This document shows positions 1-14,159 of a stretch of DNA of 64,000 nucleotides, piece after piece (the stretch's first letter is position 1; each line of letters starts with the position of its first letter). The DNA is from Mizuhopecten yessoensis. Lineage: Eukaryota. Location of the stretch: the NCBI RefSeq assembly GCF_002113885.1, contig NW_018408507.1:1261140-1325139 (forward strand), written 5' to 3'. The notes beneath the pieces are model-generated. The model did not search any database. It was not told the origin of the DNA and was given only the letters and a program-made list of their open reading frames with translations. A program made the translations under genes and the position numbers.

Positions 1-172
1 CCTCATCTTACTATCAAGGAGCTGTCCTAGCCTCATCTTACTATCAAGGAGCTGTCCTTCCCTCATCTTACTATCAAGGAGCTATCCTAGCCTCATCTTA
101 CCATCAAGGAGCTATCCTAGCCTCATTTTACTATCAAGGAGCTGTCCTAGCCTCATTTTGCCATCAAGGAGC
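1..172. repeat. Minisatellite, 30-bp unit, ~6 copies, cut by window start
   Basis: Unit CCTCATCTTACTATCAAGGAGCTGTCCTAG recurs every 30 nt. Confidence 0.95.
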
Positions 173-2068
173 TCTTCATAATGTACACATTACTGCTTTC
201 AAACTACATCCCACTTTATACAGCTTGATGATACCCTGACTCTAAAAGCATGTCTGTTTTATCTATTTATAGCTTTTAATATATTTGAACACATTTTATC
301 CCCATTTAAACAGTTTTAGAAACGTGTAGATTTTTATGTTTTTTTATCAAAAAATGTCATTGGTTAATGATAGGCGACATGGTGGAGGGAATAAGGTCGT
401 AGAATTCAATGATAACAACTCATTCTTCTTCATTTTATGTTCAATTTATTTGACTCATGTTTAAGTTGTCACCTACTCATTGACAGACATAAGGTTTGTA
501 ACTGCTGGCAATGTTTCACCATTTATTTATTAACTAGGGAATGTCATGCTTGTATATCAATGGAAGTTTACCCTGTAACAGACTAGCTGTAGGTAGACCA
601 ATATTAGAAACAATTATAATATTCAGAAAAACTCATTATATAATGCAGAATAGATGTAGAATTAAAAGAAGTAAAATAACTTCCCAATACAGGTATATTA
701 ATTACCTATACTGAACAAAGTGATTGTGAAAGCAATAAACAGGAAATAAGTAACGTTATCACATGGCATTGTGTCTATTTACGGCTATTGTTACATAGAC
801 AAGATAGTCTATCACTTGTACGCATGCATAACCTTTACACTATTAGCTTTTGTAGAATGCATGGAGAATACTTACAAGGTAGCAGTCAGTTTGTGCCATA
901 TCCCATATAAGTCATATACACACTCTGCAATATCTAATTATAACACATGACAATATTTTTCAAAAACTTTTGGACATGATAAACATTAAAGATGATATAT
1001 ATTTGTATCTGCTACATGATGAGTTTGAGGAGAAGACTATAGTCGTTTTGTTGGTGGGATTACAGGAATATTTGTCCAGCAAATGTCATCTGGTGATAAG
1101 GTTAAAACCCAATCAAACAGCTGAGAGTCACTAAAGTCGGTCACAAGCTAATCGTAAGGTGTGTCCGACCAGACAGGTATGTTTTAATAGTTATTGGTAA
1201 ATTATGATTGACAAATTAGTGTGCAGTCTGGTGATATGTAACACCAGTTGATAATATACAGTTTTGTGAATAGATCAAACAATTCAGATATATTATACAA
1301 ACAACAAAATGGTGAAGCTGTGCTTTAAAACATCAGATAGCACTCCTTCAATAACCAAAAAGTTCTGAACATACACAAATAAGTACCTTTCATCCATGCA
1401 TACCATTCCTATTAGATGAATCTAAAATTAGTACATGTATACGGTTATAAAAAAGATATCAGCCTACTCAGAATCGTTGAAAGACAACTTTTTAACAAAG
1501 GGGAATGTTGAACATGAACAATGGCAGTGTAAGTTAAAAAGCTTTCAAATGTTGAATGAAATTCTTTAAAAATCAAATGAGAATAACAGATGCATAAAAT
1601 GCCACACTTTTTTAAATGTTTTTTTTTTTTATACAAAACACCTGTACATGTGCACTTTGTTGGTTACAAACATATGACACAATTAGCGTTCTTCTCTTCA
1701 CCAAGTGTTCCCCTTGTTTTTGGAGGGTGTTTGGTATTTGGAGCTATTCAGAGCTCAGCATGATTGACACGATTGGCTATTGGCTGAGATACTTTACACT
1801 TCTTTGCCAGGTAGTATTAAGGCCCTGAAGGTGACAGTATTTTGTTTAAATTAACATTTATAGTTTATATTATGGTCAATTGAAAGCTTTTTAACCAGAA
1901 ATGTCAGGTTTAGAACCACTCCCTACATGTAAGTTGAGATTTTATTATGTATTTACCAATATTATTATTTATCTCAAGTTACATATACGTGATTAATACT
2001 TAGGACTACCACTGAACAAAGTCGGAAAAATATCCAGTAAATGTAATGGATGGGTTTAACATGGGGAC

Positions 2069-2480
2069 ACCAGATAGATTGGGTAACCCTGTCTGCTGTC
2101 ACAGAAACCAGATAGATTGGGTAACCCTGTCTGCTGTCATAGAAACCAGATAGGTTGGGTAACCCTGTCTGCTCTCATAGAAACCAGATAGATTGGGTAT
2201 CCCTGTCTTCTGAAACAGAAACCAGATAGATTAGGTAACCCTGTCTGCTGTTACAGAAACCAGATAGATTTGGTAACCCTGTCTGCTCTCAAAGAAACCA
2301 GATAGATTGGGTAACCCTGTCTGCTGTCACAGAAACCAGATAGATTTGGTAACCCTGTCTGCTCTCATAGAAACAAGATAGATTGGGTAACCCTGTCTGC
2401 TGTCATAGAAACCAGATAGATTGGGTAACCCTGTCTGCTGTCACAGAAACCGGATAGATTGGGTAACCCTGTCTGCTCTC
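2069..2480. repeat. Minisatellite, 38-bp unit, ~11 copies
   Basis: Unit CAGATAGATTGGGTAACCCTGTCTGCTGTCACAGAAAC (2071, 2109, ...). Confidence 0.95.
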
Positions 2481-2616
2481 AGTGTGCTTCTGTATCACGG
2501 CACTCGTACTCTAAAGTACCTAAAGTCAGCCATTGTGTTCAGCTTTATGTGTACACTTTTCTGTGACATTGTAATTATTTAACTCTGATGTTATATATTG
2601 TTTTCTCTTTTTAATT

Positions 2617-2839
2617 TGAGGAACCCCTGTGTATTGGTGTGGCATAGAAATTAAACAGTTACAACCCGATCAAACTTCCATATTTACTGATTTTGACATG
2701 AATGTATTAAAATGTTTAATTGAGTTTAATTATTCTTTTAACAATCTGACATTTATAATAGCAGGTGTTGAGACTTGAAGTATAAAAGGACCGCACTGCT
2801 TGTAACTTGGTCAAGGGGGAGATAATCAGGGGTTCCTCA
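2617..2839. mobile_element. Possible small MITE remnant (13-bp inverted repeats)
   Basis: TGAGGAACCCCTG (2617-2629) and its exact reverse complement CAGGGGTTCCTCA (2827-2839); no clear TSD. Confidence 0.3.
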
Positions 2840-3346
2840 CAACTCAGCCTCTCCCTGCCTTGCCAGTGGTCTGGTCAGTTCTCACTGACCCATGTGTGTG
2901 GCCTTTAGAAGCCTCCGGGATTTCATGTCCTCTACATGATTTGCTAGTTCTGACATACCTTTAACTTGCACTAAGTTATCTGTATGCTTTGATATGTGTA
3001 TGTCAAATTAAATCATAAAAAACATATCTGGCTTATTATTTTTTATATACATATTGGTGAGAAGAAAGGGGTTCATAAATAATTATCAACTGAAAACATT
3101 TTCAAATTCCTCCCCCCAAACTTGAAAGTGATCACCAACCAAGTATTCTGATGCGTTTATGTCTTTATTTGAATTGGGAGGGACATCCAAAATATGTGCA
3201 GGAATGTTATAGGGCTTTCATTGAATTGTATCATATCGTGTTACACTCTTGATATGTCATATCCAATTGTAACAAAACTGAATTTACCAACCATTATTTT
3301 TATTAAACATTTTCTTCAATAAGTTTCATTACTTATGAAATATGGG

Positions 3347-3656
3347 ATATCAAAGTTTTACTTTTTACACAAACAATGTACGTATTAAACGTGTATCAAT
3401 GTTTCAATACCAAATGGTCCCTTTGTCTAACTATGATTGAGTGAGCGATTTGTATTATTATTTATCTGTGCAACGATGTGACAAAATTGTATGTTTTTCT
3501 TGTCACTTGATCCAAGACATTTCGCCTATTGATAGGGAGCGTATACCCACTGCATCAGATAGGTTCCAGTTAGGGTGTAGATCTCGCCTACTAAAGTTAC
3601 ATAGGGGTGAAAGGTTAATACGTACATTGTTCGTGTAAAAAGTAAAACTTTGATAT
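3347..3656. mobile_element. MITE with ~42-bp terminal inverted repeats
   Basis: ATATCAAAGTTTTACTTTTTACACAAACAATGTACGTATTAA (3347-3388) matches the reverse complement of 3615-3656 with one mismatch; TA at both ends fits a Tc1/mariner-type TSD. Confidence 0.75.
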
Positions 3657-4042
3657 ATAATATAATTTATTTAACATTGTTTTTAAGTCCTTTAGTAAAG
3701 ATGTGGTCCACTGTGAAGTCATACCCAAAAGTTCTGAAAATTCGTACAAAAATATATTTTGATGGTATTTACTATTTAACACCATAACAAAACTATGTAA
3801 AACCCTTCGCTCAAATTTTAAGAAGTAAACTCTCTAATAAAAAATTCAGTGTATTTTTTATGAAGTACAATATCTAAAATATGTATAATATCATGAAATA
3901 CCTCACCTAGTCTAAAGAACCAGGATGAGCTTAAATCATAGTATGGCGTCGGTCCGTCAACTGAATGCAATTTCACCGAAATTCACTAAACACATCTGTA
4001 GGCGGTGGTTATTCAAAATTGTACAAAAACAGAAGAAAACCA

Positions 4043-7000
4043 CTCTACCCTGGAGATAGCATTATACAGAGAGAACACTCTATACTATAGATAGCGTTAT
4101 ACAGAGAGAATAGTCTACGTAAGATATAGCGCTATACAGAAAGAAATCTCTTACTTGGAGATACCGTTATACAGAGAGAATTGTCTGTCCTGGAGATAGC
4201 TTTATACAGATAGAATTCTCTATCCTGGAGATAGCGTTATATAGAGAGAATTCTCTAACCTAGAGATAGCTTTATACAGAGAGAAATCTTCAACATGGGA
4301 TAGTGTTTTACAGAGAGAATTATCTAACCTGGAGATAGTGTTATATAGAGAGAATTCTCTATCCTGGAGATAGCGTTATACAGAGAGAAATCTCTAACCT
4401 GGTGAAAGCGTTATACACAGAGAATTCTCTATCCTGGAGATAATGTTATACAGAGAGAATTCTCTATCCTGGTGAAAGCGTTTTACAGAGAGAATTATCT
4501 AACCTGGAGATAGTGTTATATAGAGAGGAATTCTCTATCCTGGAGATAGCGTTATATAGAGAGAATTCTCTAACCTGGTGATAGCGTTATACAAAAAGAA
4601 CTCTATCCTGGAGAAAGCATTTTACAGAGATAATACTCTACCCTAGAGATAATGTTATATAGAGAGAATTCTCTAACCTGGAGATAGCGTTATACAGAGA
4701 GAATTCTCTAACCTAGAGATAGTGTAATACAGAGAGAATTCTCTTACCTGGAGATAGCGTTATACAGAGAGAATTGTCTATCCTGTGGATAGCGTTATAC
4801 AGAGAGAATTCTCAAAACTGGAGATAGCGTTATACAGAGATAATTGTCTATCCTGGAGATAACGTTATACAGAGAGAATTCTCTATCCTGGAGATAGCGT
4901 TATACATGTACGAAATAATTCTCTTACCTGGAGATAGCGTTATACATGTACGAAATAATTCTCTAACCTTGAGTTAGCGTTATACAAACAGAATTATCTA
5001 TCCTGGTGATAGTATTATACAGAGGGATTCTCTAACCTTGAGATAGCGTTATGCAGAGGAATTCTGTAGCCTGGAGATAGCGTTATACAGAGAGAGAATT
5101 CTCTAACCTGGTGATAGTGTTATACAGAGATAATTTTCTATCCTGGATATAGCATTTTACACAGAGAATTCTGTAACCTGGGGATAGTATTATACAGAGG
5201 GAATTCTCTAACCTTGAGATAAGGTTATACAGAGAGAATTCTGTAACCTGGAGATAGCGTTATATAGAGAGAATTCTCTATCCTGGAGATAGCGTTATAC
5301 AGAGAGAATTCTCTAACCTGGTGATAGCATCATACAGAGGAAATTCTCTAACCTGGATATAGCGTTATACAGAGAGGATTATCTAACCTTGAGATAGCGT
5401 TATACGGAGAGAATTATGTAACCTAGAGATAGCGTTATACAGAGAGAAGTCTCTAACCTTGAGATAGCGTTATACGGAGAGAATTCTGTAACCTGTAGAT
5501 AGCGTTATACAGAGAGAATTCTCTAAACTGGTGATAGCGTTATACAGAGAGAATTCTCTATCCTGGATATAGCGTTATACAGAGAGAATTCTCTAACCTG
5601 GAGATAGCGTTATACAGAGAGAATTATCTATCCTGGAGATACTGTTATACAGAGATAATTCTTTATCCTGGATATAGCATTATACAGAGAGAATTCTCTA
5701 TCCTGGAGATAGTGTTATACAGGGAGAATTATCTATCCTGGAGATAGCGTTATACAGAGCGAATACTCTATCCAGGAAATAGGGTTTTACGGAGTGAATT
5801 CACTATTATTGAGATAGCGTTGTACAGAGAGAACTCTCTATCATGGAGATAGCAATAAACAAAGTAAACTCTATCCTGGAGATAGTGTCATACAGAGAAT
5901 TATCTATCCTTGAGATAGTGTTATACAGGGAGAATTATCTATCCTGGTGATAATATTATACAGAGGGAATTCTCTATCCTGGAGTAACCTGGATATAGCG
6001 TTATACAGAGAGAATCCTCTATCCAGGAAATAGAGTCTTACGGAGTGAATTCACTATTATTGAGATAGCGTTGTACAGAGAGAATTCACTATCCTTGAGA
6101 TAGCGTTGTACAGAGAGAATACTCTATCCAGGAAATAGCGTTATACAGAGAAAACTCTATCCAGGAAATAGCGTTATAAAGACAGAATTATCTGTTATAC
6201 AGAGAGAATTGTCTATCCTGGAGATAGTGTATACAGAGAGAATTCTTAATCCTGATGATACCGTTATATAGAGAGAATTCTCAAACCTGGAGATCGAATC
6301 ATACATGGAGAATACTCTATCCTGGAGATAGCGTTATACATAGAGAATGCTCTAACCTGGAGATAGCGTTATACAGAGGGAATACTCTATCCAGGAAATA
6401 GAGTTTTACGGAGTGAATTCACTATTATTGAGATAGCGTTGTACAGAGAGAATACTCTAACTTGGAGATAGTGTGAATTTTCTATCCTGGTAATAGTGTT
6501 ATCCAGAGAGAATTCTGTATCCTGGCTTACTTGGAGATACCGTTATACAGAGAGAATCCTCTATCCAGGAAATAGAGATTTACGGAGTGAATTCACTATC
6601 CTTGAGATCGCGTTGTACAGAGAGAATACTCTAACTTGGAGATAGTGTGAATTTTCTATCCTGGTGATAGCGCTATACAGAGAGAATACTCACAGAGATA
6701 ATTCTTTATCCTGGATATAGCATTAGACAGAGAGAATTCTCTATCCTGGATATAGCGTTATACAGAGAGGATTATATATCCTGGTGATAGCGTCATACAG
6801 AGAGAATTATATATCCTGGTGATAGGGTTATACAGAGAGAATAGTCTATCCAGGAAATAGAGATTTACGGAGTGAATTCACTATTATTGAGATAGCGTTG
6901 TACAGAGAGAATACTCTGTCCAGGAAATAGAGTTTTACGGAGTGAATTCACTATTATTGAGATAGCGTTGTACAGAGAGAATTCACTATCCTTGAGATAG

Positions 7001-9572
7001 CGTTGTACAGAGAGAACTCTCTATCATGGAGATAGCAATAAACAAAGTAAACTCTATCCTGGAGATAGTGTTATTAAGAGAGAATTCTCTATCCTGGCGA
7101 TAGCGTTATACAGAGGGAATACTCTATCCAGGAAATAGCGTTATACAGAGAGGATACTCTATCCAGTAAATAGAGTTTTACGGAGTGAATTCACTATCCT
7201 TGAGATAGCAATAAACAGAGAACACTCTATCCTGGAGACAGCGCAATACAGAGAAAATACTCTATACAGGAAATAGCGTTATATAGACAGAATTATCTGC
7301 CCTGATGATACCATTATATAGAGAGAATTATCTGTCCTGATGAAACCATTATATAGAGAGAATTATCTGTCCTGATGAAACCATTATATAGAGAGAATTA
7401 TCTGTCCTGATGAAACCATTATATAGAGAGAATTATCTATCCTGGAGATACTGCCATACAGAGATAATTCTTTATACTGGATATAGCATTATACAGAGAT
7501 AATTTTCTATCCTGGATATAGCATTTTACACAGAGAATTCTGTAACCTGGGGATAGTATTATACAGAGGGAATTCTCTATCCTGGAGATAATGTTATACA
7601 GAGAGAATTTTCCATCCTGGTGATAGCGTTGTACAGAGAGAATTCACTATCCTTGAGATCGCGTTGTACAGAGAGAACTCTCTATCATGGAGATAGCAAT
7701 AAACAAAGTAAACTCTATCCTGGAGATAGCGTAATACAGAGAGAATGCTCTATTCTGGTTCTAATATTATACAGAGAGAATTCTATATAGAGAGAATTCT
7801 CTATCCTGTAGATATCATTATATTGAGAGAATTTTGTATCCTGGAGATAGCGTAATACAGAGAGATTACTCTATCCAGGAAATAGCGTTATACAGAGAGA
7901 ATTATCTATCCTGGTGATAGCGTTATACAGAGAGAATTATCTATCCTTGAGATAGTGTTATTCAGAGAGAATTCCGTATCCTGGAGATAGCAACAAACAG
8001 AGCACACCATATCCTGGAGATACATTGTAGCGTTATACAGAGAGAGTTCTCTATCATGAAGATAGTATTTTACAGAGAGAATTCTCTTTCCTGGAGAAAG
8101 CGTTATACAGAGAGAATTCTCAAACCTGGAGATAGCAATATACAGAGAGAATTCTCTAACCTGGAGATAGCAATATACAGAGTACACTAGTACTATATCC
8201 TGGAGATATCATTTTATAGAGAGAAATCTGTATCCGAGTGATAACGTTAGACAGATTATACTCTATCATGGAGATACATTGCAGCGTTATACAGAGAGAA
8301 TTTTCTATCCTGGTAATAGTGTTATCCAGAGAGAATTCTCTATCCTGGTGATAGCGTTATACAGAGAGAATTCTCTGTCCTGATGATAGCGTTATACAGA
8401 GAGAATTCTCAAACCTGGAGATCGCATTATACATGGAGAATTCTCAATCCTGGTGATAGCGTTATACAGAGAGAATTCTCAATCCTGGAGATCGCATTAT
8501 ACATGGAGAATTCTCTATCCTGGTGATAGCGTTATACAGAGAGAATACTCTATCCTGGTGATAGCGTTATACAGAGAGAATTCTCTAACCTGGTGATAGC
8601 GTTATACAGAGAGACTTCTCTATCCTGGTGTTAGCGTTATACAGAGAGAATTCTCAATCCTGGTGATAGTGTTATACAGAGAAAATTCTGTAACCTGGAG
8701 ATAGCGTTATACATAGAGAATTCTCTAACCTGGTGATAACGTATACAGAGAGAATTCTTAGACATGAAGATATCAATATACAGAGAGAATACTCTAACTT
8801 GGAGATAGTGTTATACAGATATACTTCTCTATCCTGGTTCTAATATACAGAGAGAATGCTCTATTCTGGTTCTAATATTATACAGAGAGAATTATCTATC
8901 CTGGTGATAATATTATACAGAGGGAATTCTCTATCCTTGATATAGCGTTATATAGAGAGAATACTCTATCCTTGAGAAGCGTTATAAAGAGACAATTATC
9001 TATCCTGGAGATAGCGTAATACAGAGAGAATACTCTTTCCAGGAAATAGCGTTATACAGAGATAATTCTCTTTCCTGGAGATAGCGTTATATAGAGAGAA
9101 CTATCTATCCTGGAGATAGCGTTATACAGAGAGAATTCTCAAAACTGGAGATAGCGTTATACAGAGAGAATTGTCTATCCTGGAGATAGTGTTATTAAGA
9201 GAGAATTCTCTATCCTGGAGATAGTGTATACAGAGAGAATTCTTAGACGTGGGGATATCATTATACAGAGAGAATACTTAAACCTGGAGATAGCTTTATA
9301 CTGAGAGAATTCTTAAACCTGGAGATAGCTTTATACAGAGAGAATTCTTAAACCTTGAGATAGCTTCATACAGAGAGAATACTCTAACTTGGAAATAGTG
9401 TTATTCAGATATACTTCTCTATCCTGGTTCTAATATACAGAGAGAATTATCTATCCTGGTGATAATATTATACAGAGGGAATTCTCTATCCTGGAGATAG
9501 TGTTATACACAGAGAACTCTCTATCCTGGAGATAGCGTTATGTAGAGAGAATTCCATATCCTGGAGATAGCG
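4043..9572. repeat. Satellite array, 35-bp unit, ~5.5 kb
   Basis: Consensus CTCTATCCTGGAGATAGCGTTATACAGAGAGAATT; a variant block (CCAGGAAATAGAGTTTTACGGAGTGAATTCACTATTATTGAG) recurs between ~5770 and ~7200. Confidence 0.97.
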
Positions 9573-12137
9573 TGTAAGATTTGGGTCATTGTTTGCTTTT
9601 CGTTTCTGACAAAAATGTATAAACACAGTTTTGGAGTAAAATCCAAGGGATACAGGCCCAAAAGTCCCTGTGTATAAACACATTGGCCATCCACCCACTG
9701 GATATAAAGGATAAGTTACCAAGAAATAAACATTTTGTAACATTTCAGAACATGGTATGGATTCATATAGGAAAATGAAGTTATTATTATCTATGATTCG
9801 AGTTGATTCTCTTAAAATATATTTAACAAAGCACTATAGAATATCCATGTAACTATGAAATAGTTCGAACAGGTTATAGAATAGTACACTCATAATTCCA
9901 TCCAGTCCAGCCGAATACCAGAGATGTTGGGAAGATAGATATACTCCAGTACCAATGCTTATTAGCAGAGTGAGTATGACACTATACATAATAGCATCAC
10001 TTTCAATGTAAAATTTAGCTGTGAGTGAGATTACATATAAAGTCTATTAGTTTGACAAATATAGTCAGAGTTTTAGATTAAAATGATTATACCAAATTGA
10101 GAATTTCTTATTACTAATTGCATTCTAATGTTGTTATAGAGTGGGCATTCAAATATAAAATAAAAAGCATTTTCATTTTCATGTCCACATCTCCATGCTG
10201 CTGTGTCATTTCAGATGATCCATATATAAGTCACTATTTAGGATGCTAGCATAATTTGATAGCTGACAAATTACGATATTGAATTTTCTTGGCCAATAGT
10301 ATTTTAATGTGCAAGACATTTCTTCAGTGTTGTTCATAAGCAAAAGCTTACAATGAGAGGTCCCTCTACGCAATCGTGTAATACATTTTAATGCCTCTAG
10401 CTGCATTGACTCAATAATATTGTTATTTTGGTTACTACAGTTATCCCATACTACATTCCCGTATTCCAGTATTGGTCTAATAAAAGAGGTAAATATTGTT
10501 GTAAGACTTTTTCTATCCAATTTGTGTTTTAACATTCTTAATATATTCATTCTTCTATAAACTAGTTCATACATATTGTCAATGTGATATGTCCATTTTC
10601 CATCACTACTAAAAGTTAAACCAAGATGCTAATGAGTTTATTTTTAATTACAGTTTCATTAACAAATAAGATATCTGGATGACTTTGTTCCCTTTTCCTC
10701 GAGAATATGACAGATTCAGTTTTTAGTGAATTAAATTTGATATCCCATTTTTTTGTCCATGCATTAATATAACCTAGATTATTAGTTGATTTCACTGCAA
10801 TTTCATTTTGATTGTTGTCTATAACTTCATAGATCGAAGTATCATCTGCAAAAAGTTTTTTTTTACTTGTTTCACATTCTGTTATATAATTAATATAGAT
10901 TAGGAAAAGAAATGGACAAAGGACCGAGCCTTGGGGTACACTGGCTTTGACATGCTTAAAAGTTGAATAAAAAAACCTGTTGATACTCTCTGCTTTCTAT
11001 CAGAGAGATCATTACTAAACCATTGTGATATGTTCCCTTTTATATCATACTATTCCATTTTAAAAAGTAAACCCTCATGCCAAACTCTATCAAACGCCTT
11101 ACTTGCATCACAAAATACAAACCGGATTTTATTATTTACAATAGTATCATATATAGATAATAACTGGTTTACAGTCAAGTCTCTTGGTAAGAAGCCCGAT
11201 TGGTATTTCGTTATGATATCACATTCTTTCATATAATTAAACATATATCTAAAAATAACCTTTTCTACAATTTTGCTAAAACATAAAGTAATAGATATTG
11301 GCCTATAGTTAGAGACATCATTTTCAGCACCCTTACCTTTGTATACTGCATCACTATTAGCTGTTTTCCAAGAAAGAGGTATAATATCAGATTCAATAGT
11401 CTTATTACAAAGTTAAGTTAGAGGACATATTAGAGAAGGTGCTAATTTCTTTTTATCTTGGGTATCATGCCATGTGGGCCAGGAGTTTTTTATCATTAAG
11501 TAAACACAATTGATCTTTAATGTCCTCTTCAGATATAATAATATTGTCTAGATGGAAGGGAAAAGTATTTTTATGTGGACTTAGGGGTTCAAGATTTTCA
11601 GAAGAAATTGATATTGAGCTGATTTAAATGAATGATGTTTTAAGTTATTATTTTCAGAAAGAGGAGGAAGACAATTTGATACATTATTTGAATTCATGAC
11701 AGATCTAGCAATTTTCCACTACTTATTAGGAGGCACAGATTGGTGACTAAGCGATTATTGTAATTTTTCGTAATAAATGTTTTTAGCTTTTCTAACAAGG
11801 TCTCTTACTTCATACCAGCATTTCTGAAATTTTCCCAATTAATTGCAGTGTTGTTATTTACAGCTTTTTTTATGCAATCTATTTCTCTGTCTAATTTTTT
11901 GCCTTATAATATTCCTTATCACAGGTTTATCATTAGGACGAACAGTTATACTTTTGGATGGTATACATTCTTCTATTTGATTATTAATAGAACCTGTTGA
12001 AAGTTTATTAAACTCGTTCGAGTCAAGGTTATTCATTATTAGTATTTCCCAATTTATTTCATTCAGAGCTCTATTCATTTGATCAAAATCTGCATTGTCA
12101 TAGTTTAATATAGTTTTCTGGTAGGATGTTTGCTTCA

Positions 12138-13101
12138 GGATGTACTTTTCTGAGGTTTCAGTCACGTTCAAGTTTTGTTTTGATCTGGTGTAACGGGTTT
12201 TTGTAATATTTAACAAATTATGATAGGTATAATAGCAAACACACATCTGAAAAACATGTAAAAAAACTAGATGTCTGTTGTGTGTAGAACATTTTGTACA
12301 AGAATGTCAAAAACAAGACCAATTTGGCGGCCATTTTGAAAAAGTGTATTTATGTGAATTTCTTGCGCTTCACAAAGGGCCAAAACTTCACCTTTTCTGA
12401 CACTAGATTGATCACTTAAATTGTCATTGTGTCACCATTTTTAATTGTAGCAGGTTCAATTTTGCTGTACAACTTTATAATGTTCAATATGATTAGAATA
12501 ATATGCAAAAAGGTGGAAAGTTATATTATTGATAAAAAAAATTACATATTAGGGTAACTGAAGCACTTTTGATTTTTGACCCCGAAAAAGGTGAAAAATA
12601 ACACAAATTTAAACGGTTGTTTTAGAAAGAGAAACACATTTTCTTTTGATTAATTGAAAACTAAAAAAAGTTTAATACAGGAATTTTTTATATCAAAAAA
12701 TTGTGAAAAATGTGCATTTTTTCATTAAAAAATAAGGGTAAGGGTAGCTAAAATTGCGTTTCTGAGTAAAATGAATAAGATTAAGAAATTTTACTTCCAT
12801 AGTTTCAAAGAAAATACTATTTTTATCAATTCTACAAACACTCATACATATCTGATAACACACTTGGATGAAATTGTATGAATTTGTTCTGCAAATGGTC
12901 AAACCCCGAAAATTCACCTAAAATCACATATTGTGTTAAAAAATTGGTATCTTTGACCGATCATAGCACAAAAACGAGCACACGGACATAAATTTATTTT
13001 TTTAGCATTTTCTACTATGCCATTATCTCCTTTTTCCAAAAAACAATATAAGAAAAAAAGTTTAATACAGGATTTTTTTGACTTCTCAGAGGTGTACATC
13101 C
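12138..13101. mobile_element. Non-autonomous DNA transposon, Kolobok-like (GG...CC ends, TTAA target), 964 bp, nested in the LINE
   Basis: Left end GGATGTACTTTTCTGAG versus reverse complement of right end GGATGTACACCTCTGAG; flanks TTCA (12134-12137) and TTAA (13102-13105); removing it restores the LINE frame SYSVFK-QTSYQ. Confidence 0.8.
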
Positions 13102-13741
13102 TTAAATACAGAATATGAACAGGTAAAACGAATATCAGAGTGATGACTGAATATTGGTGTATTCACTGTATTATCTTTTATAAGATTAATATAATTAGTG
13201 AATAAAATATCAATAGCAGTGGCAGTAGTTTGTGTTATCCTGGTAGATTTATTAATTAGAATTGTAAAATGATATTTTACCATTAGTCTATTTAAATGGT
13301 ATATTCAACATATTTACATTTATATCCCCAGTTATTATGATGTTGAGTGCTGTGTTTCATGCATTATCTAGAACATGGTCTAATTTATCCCAATATTTAA
13401 CATTTGATTCAGATCTATAAATACATCCTAATAATAGTTTTTGTTAGTGAATAACACTTCAATCCATATTATTTCTATATCTTCATGCTCAAGATCAATT
13501 CTTCTTTCAGTATTTACTGTATCTTTGTGGTAAATAATTACTCCTCCCCCAGGTCCAGTGAATCAAGTCTGTGAATTTATGGGAATGGGAGTTAAGTGTT
13601 ATGACAGCAGCAGTTATATTTGGAGAAAAGTGTGTTTCAGTAAGACATTATATGTCACTTTCATGTATTTTTTGCTTCAATGATATCAAGTTTGGTTCTG
13701 AGAGATCTAACATTAAGATGTGAGATTTGTATGTTACATTG

Positions 13742-13783
13742 GGGTCCTGGATTTAGTTCAATATTATTGCAAAGAAGTAACAT
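13742..13783 (-). other. Degenerate 2A-like (StopGo) peptide motif upstream of LINE APE domain
   Basis: MLLLCNNIELNPGP versus consensus D[V/I]ExNPGP; N replaces D (AAT vs GAT). 2A-like motifs are known at this position in CR1/L2-group LINEs. Confidence 0.75.
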
Positions 13784-14159
13784 ACTTTTAATGGTACATA
13801 AAAGATATTCAAAGTTTGAAAAATGTGATTCATCAAAAAGTAAACAATATGTACTGTAATAGCTAGGGTATGCAATTTTACCTGCAAATGCTCGGATGAT
13901 CAATGTGTTGATATTGTAATAATCCTCACAATATCGATTTGTCCCAATAAATATAATAACGATATTCTTATATTTCTCCATTATCAAAGACAATAGTGTG
14001 GTAAACATTAGGACACATCAATAGGTTTCTGGTGTAAACAAACTTAAGATAGGTATAATAACAATCTCTGGAATTCGACTGTGGACTGAGTGGATTAAGA
14101 GTAGGGTAAAACAGTACATAAACATCATTAAATTGATTTATTACCTTAACAAGCAATAC

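Larger units (their letters stand above)
9990..14140 (-). mobile_element. Degraded CR1/L2-group LINE ORF2 (APE endonuclease + reverse transcriptase), interrupted at 12138-13101
   Basis: Minus-strand fragments: ISHLNVRSLRTK (APE start), TRITQTTATAIDILFTN...SHHSDI (APE end), NYDNADFD, QSGFLPRDLTVNQLL...FCDASKAFDRVWHEGLL (RT), reverse complement of VPQGSV and FADD at ~10840-10940, FIRPILEYGNVVWDNC; many stops and frameshifts. Confidence 0.92.

Noticed and set aside
1020-1182. Exon-like stretch ending CAG|GTATGT
   Set aside because: All three plus frames contain stops within the stretch; at most a non-coding exon and unsupported.
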